Positions 12,819 to 24,542 of a stretch of 64,000 bases of DNA are shown here, in pieces (within the stretch, counting starts at the first letter, position 1; the number at the start of each line of letters is the position of its first letter). Under the pieces are notes generated by a model, which was not told the origin of the DNA, ran no database searches, and saw only the letters and a program-made list of their open reading frames with translations. Source of the DNA: Curvularia clavata (taxonomy: Eukaryota); contig CP089277.1 of NCBI GenBank assembly GCA_023920165.1, forward strand, positions 1,798,001 through 1,862,000, in the 5' to 3' direction. The position numbers were made by a program, and so were the translations under genes.

Positions 12819-14267
12819 ATGAAGGACGACGGCCTCAGACAGCGGCACCCGCCGACCCTCCCGCCTGTCATCGAGAAGCTAAAGACACAGCGTACCAAAC
12901 GCCCTGAGCCGACTCAACATCCCGCCGGAGAGGTCAAGCATGGCGTCTTCGCCCAGGCTCTGCGCATGTTCTTGTTCGCCGCCTACTTCACTGGAAGCAT
13001 TCTTGCGTCAGTATTCACACACGGCTGCTGCCTCTCCCCGGGATACTGACTCCATGCCCCAGCATCTCTATCACGCAGTACATCGGCTCTCCCCTGTATT
13101 TCTACAGCAAGAACCTCTTCTATGCATGGATGGCCATGTCCAAGCAGTACTTTGGCATCGTCCTCACCACCATGACGTACTGGTGGGCCCCCGTTACCAT
13201 GCGCGTCAGTGGGGACGAGAGCGTGAGGGGCCAGCTACGCAAGACAGACGATGGGAGGCTGGAATGCGACTTCCCTGAGCGCTTAGTCCTCATCGCCAAC
13301 CACCAAGTTCGTCTGCCCATCCCACCCACTAATCTCTAAACCCAGTGGCTGACTCGCCTCAGATCTACACCGACTGGGTCTACCTCTGGTGGATCGCCTA
13401 CACGGCCTCGATGCATGGCCATATCTACATCATCCTCAAAGAGTCGCTGAAGAACATACCAATCATAGGCTGGGGCATGATGTTCTACGGATTCATCTTC
13501 CTCTCGCGCAAATGGTCCACAGATAAGGACCGCTTTCAACACCGGCTGAAAAAGCTGAGCACCAGCCATAGCGGGCCATTGTCGGGTTCCAAGGGATTCG
13601 ACCCCATGTGGCTGCTCATCTTCCCCGAAGGCACAAACCTCAGTAAAAACGGTCGCACGTCGAGCAAAAAGTGGGCAGAAAAGAACCAGATTGCTGATTT
13701 ACGGCACGCATTGTTGCCAAGAAGCACTGGCTTGTTGTATTGCTTGCAAGAGCTCAAGGGCTCAGTAGACTACCTGTATGATTGCACAGTGGCCTACGAA
13801 GGCGTCCCGTAAGCGCATTCCTTTTCTTACTCTGCTAAGCATAATAGCTGACGTTGACTAGCGTCGGCCAATACGGCCAAGATCTCTTCACCCTTCGTGG
13901 TACCTATTTCCAAGGCCGTCCCCCAAAATCCGTCAACATGCACTGGCGTCGTTTCGCCGTTGCCGACATCCCGGTGCATGACGACAAGGAGTTCTCTGAC
14001 TGGCTCCTTGCCCGCTGGCGCGAAAAAGATGACCTTCTCGAGCACTTTGTCCAACACAATCGCTTTCCTGCAGACGATGGCGTCACGCCCAACGTCAACG
14101 GCGGACTAGCACTAAAAGGCGCAGGGTGGATCGAGACAGACGTCCGGCCAGCCAAGTGGTATGAATGGCTGCAGATCTTTGTCCCGACTGCCGCTTTTGC
14201 ACTCGTCATCAACGTATTTGTCAAGATATACAACATCGTAATGAAAGTTATGGGGATAAAGCCATAG
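12819..14267 (+). CDS. Lysophospholipid acyltransferase (PlsC family, Cst26/LCLAT1-like)
   Basis: Spliced motifs IANHQ|IYTDW, LKESLKNIPIIGWGM, FIFLSRKW, LIFPEGTNL, LLPRSTG. Three GT-AG introns. Alternative in-frame ATG at 12798. Confidence 0.88.
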
Positions 14268-15538
14268 AGACAGCTTGGGTAGAAGAAGAAAGGCGGATCT
14301 TTGGATTAGTCGTATGGTTAGACGAAGATGGCGGGACTTGGTGACGGTGCTCGTTGTTGGTGTTGTTTCTGCTATCGTTGCTATTCTTTTTTTGAGCGTA
14401 GCACATTTGTATGTAGATCGCTTTGATACCCCTATTCTTATTTGGATACTCCTCTCCACTCTGGCTTGTTTAAGGCGTGAAAGATGATGTAGCGAATACA
14501 ACATGCTGTTATGTCAAAAGAAGAGTCAAAAGGTTGCTCTGTGTGTGATTTGCTTTTTTGGCATCTGCACGGTACATGACCGTTGTCAGTGTCGATCCGA
14601 CCGTTAGACCCTGTTTTTCCTAAGAATGGGACACTAACTGCGCGGCACCTTTGTTTCGCACCCATTGTTCGAAGTGCACATACGCCTATTAAAAGCTAGT
14701 TCCGGGGAAGATCCCGTTCTTGAGCTTGGAACAGAACAGCCCAGCCTCGTTACTAAACATTGCACCGTCACCTCTCACTTCTGTCTCCATAATTCCCCAT
14801 CGCAACAGTAAATCGATCTTCAGCTCTAGTATCGAGCTATACATGCACGCGCTTGTCACTGTCAGCCCGTTGGCTACCCCACAATCGTCATTTCGATCGA
14901 GACAGCTGTTGGGCCTTGGCCCAAGACTAGTGTACCTACTACACACCGAGTGGCTGGGTTTCCAACATCAACCACAAGTTGCTATGGTCTAGGGTTGGCA
15001 TTGCTTACTGAGCTCCACTGGCTACATCATCACCGCATCGGGTCGATGTCTGTTCACTACTTCAAGCTAGATCGGCTAGGTTCACGCGTACCAAACATGT
15101 AAGAACGACTGGAGACGTGAGCTGTGTATGTTTGCATCAACTTCTGCAATGTGATGAAACCTGATCTCCACTACTGTGCAACCATCAGATATGACGGTGA
15201 TGAAATATTGCGAATCTGCGCTTTGGATATCACATATATAACTTTTCGCTGATGATGGCTTGGACCACGAACTCATTGAAACACTGTCTTCCTATAGATT
15301 TCTCGGGACTTGAACCATATTCTCTTCAGCGGGTCGTTGTCAACCTTTACGACCCAAGACAGGATCTGTCTTCGTCACCATGAATATCAACGTGAGTTAA
15401 CTCTCCAGGTCACTTACTGCCCTACACTTAGTACCTTAACTCCAAGAACACGCATCATGTTCCTAGGAAAGATCACTGACATGTGTGAGAATACAGCCTG
15501 TGCCGCCTAGAGCTTGTGCTCTGCTCTTCACCAAGGCG

Positions 15539-16997
15539 ATGAATCCCTATGCCGAACATGGCCACGATAGGCCGCACTTCGCCTTCATTAGACGCATACC
15601 CGATCACATTCGGAATCACTTCATTGCCATGTGTGGAGAATTTGTAGGAACGTTTTTGTTTCTATTTTTTGCTCTATCGGGTACACAAGTGGCGAACAAC
15701 GTCCCGTCGTCAAGTGGGCAAAAGGTATCAGATGCCGGAAGCAACCCACAGCAGTTGGTGTACATAGCACTTTGCTTTGGGTTCTCCCTTGCGGTAAACG
15801 CATGGGTGTTCTTTAGGATAAGTGGCGGGTTGTTCAATCCTGCTGTACGTCGTCCCATCCGGCTTTGTCGCTTGTTACATGAGATGGCTAATCCTAACCT
15901 AGGTTACTTTAGGAATGTGCTTAATCGGAGCACTCCCCTTGGTTCGAGGTGTGCTTTTGTTCTTCACCCAGATCATAGGTGGTCTGGTTGCTGCAGCCTT
16001 GGTTGACTGCATGTTTCCTGGTCCCCTCAGTGTCCGAACGGTGCTCGGTGGAGGCACTTCTGTCACCCAAGGTCTCTTCATCGAGTTGTTCTTGACTGCT
16101 CAGCTTGTTTTCACCATTTTCATGCTTGCAGCGGAGAAACATAAGGGCACATTTATCGCGCCCGTCGGTACGTTGTACGGTTCAGCCCTGATATGAAGCG
16201 AAAAACTAACACCCTCTCTAGGTATCGGTCTAGCTCTCTTCATAACAGAGCTATCAGGAGTATACTTTACTGGCGGATCTTTGAATCCAGCTAGATCATT
16301 CGGTCCTACAGTTGTCTTTCGCGCTTTTGCTCCCTATGATTGGATCTATTGGGTTGGACCATTCCTTGGATCTCTCATCGCAGCTGGGTTCTACAAGTTC
16401 ATCAAGATTCTCGAATACGAGACTGCGAACCCAGGTCAGGATATGGATCATCCCAAAGCGAGCGAACACGACATTGAGCAAAAGATTGAGGAAAAGAAGA
16501 AGCTGCTCATCGCCGCTGGTATCAACGAGCACGATGCTCACCAGGTCGCCACCGAATTGACTCAGAATACGGTTGTGGTTCCTATTGCTAGCTCGGATAC
16601 TGACACTGTCGCTGCTGGTCACGAATACTCTAGCCCGGTACCGAATTCATTGCCTAATATGCATGGTTCACAGTACAACCCCGATGCCACCTTGAAAGAG
16701 AAGCGTGGCTCCGGTAGCTCCGATTCGACACTTGTACGGCCACCGCTTCCCACTAACAGACCCATTACCGAGCAGCCTGGAAGATTCCGCTACCTTGGGA
16801 GCCGTGGCGCAGTTCCTCGTAGCAGAGTGCCGGGTCCTGCGCTCAGACCGGGAACCACACTGCATAGTCCTCGGATGGCTACATATGAAGAACTCTATGC
16901 TCCTTTTGAGATTGGCCCCGATTTCGTCCTTGGTGAAGCGGTGCGAGATCGGAGACCTGTGCAGAGAATGCAAAGGACTTCTTCCAGCTTTGCGTGA
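15539..16997 (+). CDS. Aquaporin (MIP family)
   Basis: GEFVGTFLFLF, SGGLFNPAV, GGSLNPARSFGP (two NPA motifs), WIYWVGP. Two introns at about 15845-15902 and 16168-16221. Confidence 0.92.
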
Positions 16998-17498
16998 GAA
17001 GGATATTGACGATTCCCGTGTCGGGAAAAAGCTTTGATTTTAACATGTTTGTATTTGTTTTACACACAGGATGTATAATATGAAGCAGATTTTTTAAGAA
17101 GAAAAGTTGCAGCGAGATTTTATTCTTCAATTCATCACTTCTCACTGGGATCCGGAGTCAAGTCAGCTTCGTCATTGTTGTAGAGTGATGCTTGATCTTT
17201 GTCAATGGTATTCTGCAAAGGTAGCGACTCAAACAGGCATACTGCTGGTATTTAATGTGGACTTGAAGATTACCAACAGTACCTCACTGCATGAGATCCA
17301 ATTGAAAAACGACGTTAAGTTCGTGCAAGGAGAGTGACTTTCATGATATAGTCTCAGCGAAGAAGCGACTGCACTAGGCCCGATAAAGCCTAGCAGTTAC
17401 CGAAATTCACCCCACCCGTGACTCCACTAACAGAGGCTCAACTTCGAAGATTCGCCATCCAAACTTGCCAACCGCAAACGTCACATACCCTGCCCATC

Positions 17499-19298
17499 AT
17501 GGCGACAATGACAGTAACAGAAACTCACAACAAGAGGAGGCTACCGAAAAATGTCAAGTTGCCACCTGAGAATGAACGCTACATGCGAGCCTGCGCAGAT
17601 ATTGCGTCGGCCCTCATCCAAGATTACGAATCCCAAGCAGATGGAACAAAACCAAAGAGGGACTTAAATTTGAACTCTTTGCGCGGCCAAATTGCGAAGA
17701 AGCATTTCTTGAAGAGTCAGCCACCGCTCACGGCGATTATTGCAGCGGTTCCAGAACACTACAAGAAATATATTTTACCAAAACTCATTGCAAAACCAAT
17801 TCGTATGTTATATGAATCAAAAGGAAACAACCAGCAGAGAAAAAAAAACGCAGACTAATTCGTTGGAAAAGGCACATCATCGGGTATTGCAGTGGTAGCA
17901 GTCATGTGCAAGCCGCATCGCTGCCCACACATTTCCTACACGGGAAACATTTGTGTATACTGCCCCGGAGGCCCAGACTCAGACTTTGAATACTCAACTC
18001 AGTCATACACGGGCTATGAGCCAACTTCTATGCGCGCCATTCGAGCGCGGTACGACCCGTACGAGCAAGCTCGTGGCCGTGTTGATCAAATCAAATCACT
18101 GGGTCACAGTGTAGACAAAGTGGAGTACATTATTATGGGAGGCACATTTATGTCTCTACCAGAGTCTTACCGAGACGAATTCATCTCGCAACTACACAAT
18201 GCCCTATCGGGTTACCAAACCAAGGATGTGGACGAAGCAGTCGCAGCTGGCGAAATGAGCAACATCAAGTGCGTTGGTATCACCATTGAAACTCGACCAG
18301 ATTATTGTCTGGACCAGCATCTTTCATCCATGCTACGGTACGGATGCACACGTCTGGAGATTGGCGTGCAGTCCCTTTACGAAGATGTTGCCCGCGATAC
18401 GAACAGAGGTCACACTGTCGCCGCGGTAGCAAAGACATTTTGTCTGGCTAAGGACGCCGGTTTCAAAGTGGTATCGCACATGATGCCTGACTTGCCCAAC
18501 GTAGGCATGGAGCGCGATCTCGACCAGTTCGTTGAGTACTTCTCTAACCCCGACTTCCGCACCGACGGACTCAAGATTTACCCCACACTCGTCATCCGCG
18601 GTACTGGACTGTACGAGCTGTGGCGAACAGGCCGATACAAGAACTACACGCCAAACGCACTCATCGATATTGTTGCCCGCATCCTCGCTCTCGTCCCACC
18701 ATGGACCCGTATTTACCGCGTCCAGCGCGATATCCCTATGCCACTCGTGACCTCGGGTGTTGAGAACGGCAATCTGCGCGAACTAGCCCTGGCACGTATG
18801 AAGGACTTTGGCACCACATGTCGCGATGTGCGTACGAGGGAAGTCGGCATCAACGAAGTGAAGCATAAGATCCGACCCGATCAGGTCGAACTCGTGCGCA
18901 GAGACTACACTGCCAACGGCGGATGGGAAACCTTCCTTGCCTACGAAGACCCCAAACAAGATATCCTCATTGCCCTGCTGCGCCTGCGCCAGTGCTCAAA
19001 GGAACATACCTTCCGTCCTGAGCTTACGGGCCAGCCTTCGTCGCTCGTGCGCGAGTTGCATGTCTACGGGTCGGCGGTTCCCATTCATGCTAGGGATCCC
19101 AAGAGATTCCAGCATCAGGGCTATGGTACACTGTTAATGGAGGAGGCAGAGCGGATAGCCAGAGAGGAGCATGGAAGTACCAAGATTAGCGTCATCTCAG
19201 GTGTAGGTGTGCGCAGTTACTACGCAAAGCTTGGATACTGGCTCGATGGGCCATACATGAGCAAGACGCTGGAGCCGCTGTGGGAGAGAGAGTGGTAG
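17499..19298 (+). CDS. ELP3: Elongator complex catalytic subunit (radical SAM/KAT)
   Basis: [20 protein letters not shown] radical SAM motif, [23 protein letters not shown]. One intron at about 17803-17871. Confidence 0.97.
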
Positions 19299-19665
19299 CC
19301 TATGTGTTGAGGCTATGATTTTGATGATGATGATGGATCGTGTGTGCATTGCTGGCGTTGTTGGGTTATGTTTTTTGGGTTGGTTTTGGTACCCAGGAAC
19401 GCGATACACAGGGCCAAAATGCACCCGTAAAGTTGGCACGTATTGCATTTAACCAAACATCTTCGTTGTTCAAAAACCGCAGAAACCGCCTGTTGCCCAA
19501 TAAACGCCATATGCCATGTTACAAGATACAGATGCTCCGTCTTTCCTCGATTGAGTACACACTGGTCCAAACCAGCCCTGTGCTCTTGCTTCTATTCCAG
19601 CAAAGTCCCTGGGGTTTCCACGAGCCGCGCCATCCTAAAAATCATGTGCTACGTAGTGATCCCAA

Positions 19666-20160
19666 TCATGATAGGCTTATCGCGCCGCGGCGGCTTTCGC
19701 GCATGTGAAGGAGAGCCTGCAATCCGCAGAAAACAAAGAAACCCTGCTCATACAGTTAGCCAAGATCCGCCTTCCGGTGAAAGGAACTAACGTACAATGT
19801 ATATGAAGACAGCACCGAAGACGGCGCCAGCAACAGCAGCGCCATCCTTGGGATCTTCCTCTCCACCCATGACTGTATTGCTGTTTCCCTGCAGGTTCCG
19901 CACGTTAGCACACCTTCTTCTATGAATGAAGGGAACATCCACGTTTCGGCGCCGTATGCGACGCTACGTATCCACGGGACAGAAGAAAGACGTACTTTGA
20001 ACAGCGCTCCTATCGTGGAGAGAATAACGATGGCGAACAGGGACACGACGATGCTGCAGCCGTATTAGTCTTCTCCAGTGTCTGATAGATTCCTGCGCGC
20101 GGGGAGTTTCGGCGCATACCATGTCCATGCGTTCATCGCAGAAACTACGGGCTTCACCAT
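19666..20160 (-). CDS. V-ATPase V0 subunit f (RNASEK / yeast YPR170W-B family), 89 aa, four exons
   Basis: Exons 20160-20120, 20053-19996, 19888-19796 and 19743-19666 join in frame: MVKPVVSAMNAWTCIVVSLFAIVILSTIGALFKGNSNTVMGGEEDPKDGAAVAGAVFGAVFIYIGFFVFCGLQALLHMRESRRGAISLS*. It has two TM helices and all introns are GT..CTAAY..CAG. Confidence 0.85.
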
Positions 20161-20604
20161 GGTGGGCGGTTGGGGTTTGGGGGAGCTTGGAGGGCGGGAT
20201 AGAGCTTGGTGGCGGGCGGGTTCGCGCGCGCGGCCGAATTTGTGATTCCTTGGCTCGAAGGAAGGTTCGCGATGTGAGGGGAGCTGGTGGAGATGGGACG
20301 GTTCGCAAGTTTGCGATGACGGTAGTGTTGTGTGTTGGATGGAGGTTCTGGAGCTGGAAGTCGTCATGGCCTTGCCTTGCCGCGCCGCGCATGCTTCCGC
20401 GTGGTGGTCTGTGCGTGCATGGGACTTGCAGCGTGAAACTAACGCCGATGTGTTTGGTCTCTGAACATGATTTTGACTGCACACAAATTTCGTTGCTCTA
20501 AGTCATTTCAAGGAGATTTTGAGGAGCAATGTGTTATAGTTCAATGAGTTTCATTTGAAGCTGATGCCATTACATGCAGTTACATTGAATCGACATTCCT
20601 ACTA

Positions 20605-20649
20605 AGCTCGGACATATACTTTCCGCGCACATAGGGTTCCCGCGCACCC
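20605..20649 (+). repeat. Left terminal inverted repeat (45 bp)
   Basis: AGCTCGGACATATACTTTCCGCGCACATAGGGTTCCCGCGCACCC; exact reverse complement of 22350-22394. Confidence 0.95.
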
Positions 20650-20699
20650 ATACAAAGCAGCTATACTGGATACAGTCGCGATTTTCTCAACAACAACAA

Positions 20700-22292
20700 T
20701 TATATTTGCCACTTATTATATATAGAGCTAAGAGTAAGCGCTGCCGCTTCTGCTGCCGCTTTTTCAGCTGCTTTTTCAGTTGAAATAGTTGCCCGTTGTG
20801 CCTGTAGAGCTGCTGCTCGGTCAATAGCAGCCTTAATACTCTTAACGTTACTAAAGCGTTTATTTGGGTTAACTTGAACTCGTTTTCTTACGCGAGTAAT
20901 TTTATAGCTATCTAGTTGATATCTAAGCTGTTGATTTTGAGCTTTAAGTTGGGCAGCTCTAGTATTTGCCTCCGCAATAGCCTTACCTGCTTTGCTAAGC
21001 ACCAGCCGGGTGCTTCGTGAGAGAGATTCTGACAGCAGTAGCTGCTGTTGGGTCTTATGTAGAGCCTGTGAGCTCCGAGGTGTATTAAAGACTTGTTCTG
21101 GTAGTTCTTGGGCCTGACGGGCGGCTGGCGGAGTAACTGGTCGGCCAGTTATTTGAGACGAGAGTAGCACAATGTCTGGGTTGTATGGACAGAGCCTAGC
21201 AGCCCTCTAGCTAGCTCTAATAACACGCTCTGATAGTCCTTCTGCTCTAGCTTTATTGTATGATATAACAAAGCGCTCTTTTTTTACTGGAGCTGCGTCG
21301 TCAAGCGCTGAGAGAGCTTGAATCTGATTACGATAGCGAGACTTGAGTATAGAGAAGGGAGCTAAGTCTAGCGGCTGCAGCAAGTGAGAGGCATGCGTAG
21401 GAAGATATAGTAGCTGGATCCTATTTATCTTACAAAGCTATATGAAGTCGATAGGCGTGTGGGAGCTATGGCCGTCAAGAAGGAGTAGTTGATATCCACC
21501 ACTTGTAGGCGCAGTATTTGGTATAAAAATCCGCTGTAGCCACTCAGATCTAATCAAATTCGACGTCCACCCATTCTCTGACGTAGTGTATAGCCAATCT
21601 GGTGTACTCGTAGCTGGAAACTACGTAGTCTGAAGATGCTTGCCCTTAAAGACAACTAGACACTGGAGCTTGGCGCCTGTGGCGGAGATGGTCTTAATAA
21701 TTGACACCCACTCGCGATCCTCTGGAGACTTGATGTAAGCTTTCTTTTTTGAAGAGCTTGCAAGCACTCTAGCGTTCGTATATACCTCTAGCGCGACTCC
21801 AGTCTCGTCTATATTCTATATATCTTCGTACTGTATGCCTAGCTCTATACGCGTACGTTTAAATAGCTTAAGAAAGGCTTTAACAGTCTTATAGTTGGCA
21901 CTAGTAGTATGCGCGCTCTCGATCTTTCGGCCGACTATTGATGCGACGCGTGGGTTACGTGCAATGAAATGGGGTACCCAAAGCTGTCTAAGTGGCTCGT
22001 AGTCACTATTCATATGCAGAATTCGAGTGGCCATTTCTCGTACGCGTAGATGGGACGGGGGTTGTGCGCGTGAGTCCTCATCAAGTATCCAATCTACTAG
22101 AAAGGTCTCTTGTTCTGGCGTTAATCGCTGTTGTTGTTGATGAGCTGTTGCGTGTGGTTGTTGACCTTGCTGCCGACCGCGTATTGTAGATTTAGAGATG
22201 CCGTACCACTTAGCAGCCTTACGCCGGCTTGTAAAAATACCTGAATTAAGATCTGCGATAGCATTCTGTATAGCAAGCTCTTTGGGATCCAT
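20700..22292 (-). pseudogene. DDE_1 transposase (HTH_psq/CENP-B + DDE), inactivated by RIP
   Basis: MDPKELAIQNAIADL..RKAAKWYGISKSTIRGR..RLTPEQE HTH region. Catalytic blocks EDI*NIDETGV, LLLDGHSSH..DFI*LC and HLLQPLD. Stops are TAG where Trp TGG is expected. Confidence 0.92.
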
Positions 22293-22349
22293 TTTAGTCT
22301 CGTGGGGTTGATGTTACAAGCGTTGCAAGTGAAGCAACGCGTTGTGGTG

Positions 22350-22394
22350 GGGTGCGCGGGAACCCTATGTGCGCGGAAAGTATATGTCCGAGCT
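22350..22394 (-). repeat. Right terminal inverted repeat (45 bp)
   Basis: GGGTGCGCGGGAACCCTATGTGCGCGGAAAGTATATGTCCGAGCT followed by TA. Confidence 0.95.
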
Positions 22395-22630
22395 TACAGG
22401 CTTTGTACCAACACTGACAGCTAAGATCCGGCTATATAATTATGGACTCACACTTCTTCAACGCACCGTTATAAACATTATGAATTCATCCGGGACAATG
22501 TGACTTCGGCCACAGTGTTTCCCGTGAACTGCCGTCTCGGCAGAATGTTCAGACTGTTGCGTCTCACGCTACGACAAGGGAATGTCCTTTGCTGGTTAGA
22601 TATGGCGAAACTATCAATATAGGTGTACAG

Positions 22631-24104
22631 CTAAACAACGAAGAACGGAAGGGTTGGAAAGTCTTCGTGCCAAGCAAGCAGCGTCCCCTCCTTGCTTCGG
22701 CGCTGCTGTAGGTATTCGATGGCATTGGTAATGTTGGCGAATCCATTGCGCTGGTGATGAAGCATAAGCTTTTGTATAAAATACTCGTGCTGTCCCTCTG
22801 TGCTACTCTCAACGGCACCGAAGAAACACACCCAGACTAGAACATGCTCCAATGGTGACCCCGTAGGAAAAGCCTCCATGGTAGTCTTAAGCCGCTCAAC
22901 TCGTTCGGTCAGTGGGCCCGCGCCACAACCAAGTGCTACGCGCTCAATGTAAAGTGCGCAAGCTTGCTCCATAAGGTCGCAGATCAGTGACATGGCCTCA
23001 TGATGTTCGGGATAGAGCGGAATATATGAGCGGAAGTCATCCCAGCCGCGGGAGTCGAGGGGCCTTTTGAAAGCTGTATGGCTGAGGACTTCAACACCTT
23101 GAGAGCGGCTCAGTGCTGGTGCGGCATACCCTCGAAACTTCAAATACTGACGAATCACGAACAATCCAAGTTCGCCTTGGCCCAGCTCCTCGTCACCACC
23201 ACCAGCCTCCCAAGCTGTCTCTAGGAGGCGGAATATCGAACGAAAGTCGGATGATCCGTTCACCATGGTTACTACGAGGAGCACCAAAAGAGATATGAGG
23301 ATGACATGTTTCTTACGTGCGTCATAAGCGGAAAGCTCCTGATTTTGGCGCAACCCGTCAATTGCGCGGTTATAGAAATCTCTCGGATGTCCTAAGTGTC
23401 TGGACACATTGTCTGAGAAGTGAAAGGCAGCGGCTGCTTGGACAGAGTTGGCAATTAGGTCGTACTTATGGGCCAGCGGCAGGACAATGGACCGCCAGCC
23501 ATTCCTCTCGTCGTCAATGGTTACGAGCTCAACCGCCACGGTCTCTGAGAAGTACTGTAACATGAAAGTTGTAGTAAGTGGAAGCGACTGCAGTGCGGCC
23601 ATGGGCGAATGCTTCGGATCTAGCCACTCCCAGTCAGAGACGTAGTCATCTCCGGTCTGTGAGTCAACGTCAAACATGCAGATTACCGACACCTGCGTGT
23701 TTACATACGAACTCGTTGCTTGTGAATGCGGCACGTAAATGGTACCGTCAATGTCGATATCGTTGGTGAGTCCTAGGTCAAAGGCTATTGTGCCTTGCGA
23801 GAAAAGAGACTCATGAGAATTTCGAGCCGGCGAATTATGCTGGGACTTCTGACGATCCCTCTTTCTTTGTTTAGTGACATCTGCGCGAAAACGATAACGG
23901 ACACCAAGTCCACTGCACTGCAAGCCCTTGGCGACGCATTTCCTACATTGTGGTTCGACTCTGTCGCAGTCAATGCGTCGTTGCGAGCATTCGTAACACC
24001 CTGGCCCAGTATCAGTAAGGAAGCCCTGTATTGTGGGGCTATTGGTAAACTGTGGGGTAGCCACCTTTGACTTTGGGTGTACGGCCGGAGCTGCGGGTGG
24101 CCAT
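22631..24104 (-). CDS. Zn(II)2Cys6 transcription factor with Fungal_trans_2-type C-terminal domain
   Basis: Exon 24104-24065 (MATRSSGRTPKVKG), intron 24064-24001 (GT..CTGAT..CAG), then CYECSQRRIDCDRVEPQCRKCVAKGLQC and NGWRSIVLPLA, open to 22631. Confidence 0.88.
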
Positions 24105-24194
24105 GGGCAGTGGAGACGTGGAGCCTCATCACCTCATTCTGCGTGTGTTTGTAGGACTGAAGAGATAGGTGTGTTGCCTGTTTCTTGTCGGTTC

Positions 24195-24213
24195 CGGGCA
24201 ACAAAAGTGAGAC
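24195..24213 (-). promoter_or_regulatory. Cluster motif copy GTCTCAC-N8-CCCG upstream of the Zn2Cys6 gene
   Basis: Minus strand reads GTCTCAC ttttgttg CCCG, about 90 bp upstream of the ATG at 24104. Confidence 0.55.
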
Positions 24214-24372
24214 GATAACGGGACCGCGAAGTGATGTAGGTACTCAGTTGACTGCACAGCTTGTAGTATTGCTCGCCGCCGAAAAGGGTAATTCGATCCT
24301 CAATGTTGTGAATAAGAGAATGCCAAGACAGTCCCGGCCCCGCTTCTTAAACCAATAGATATCCATCGACTT

Positions 24373-24398
24373 CGTCTCATCTTTTTGTCCCGATATGG
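24373..24398 (+). promoter_or_regulatory. Cluster motif copy upstream of the SSADH-like pseudogene
   Basis: cGTCTCAT ctttttgt CCCGATAtgg. Confidence 0.6.
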
Positions 24399-24542
24399 AT
24401 GCAACCTATAGACATCATTGAGCCATATGTGCTCTGCCTTTTCAAACAAGAGGCTACATCTACCATTACTATGCCGTGAAATCTAGTTAAGAGTCTATGC
24501 GCTTCCTCCGTTGCGTTTTTCGTGCATCGCGTACTCGTTCAT

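Larger units (their letters stand above)
20605..22394 (-). mobile_element. Fot1/pogo-like (Tc1-mariner superfamily) DNA transposon, 1790 bp, TA target duplication
   Basis: Perfect 45-bp TIRs at 20605-20649 and 22350-22394, flanked by TA at 20603-20604 and 22395-22396. Internal transposase remnant. Confidence 0.95.

Noticed and set aside
24001..24064. ORF-track start MATPQFTN for the Zn2Cys6 gene
   Set aside because: The GTG is an intron donor; the spliced start at 24104 gives a basic RTPKVKG leader before the first Cys.
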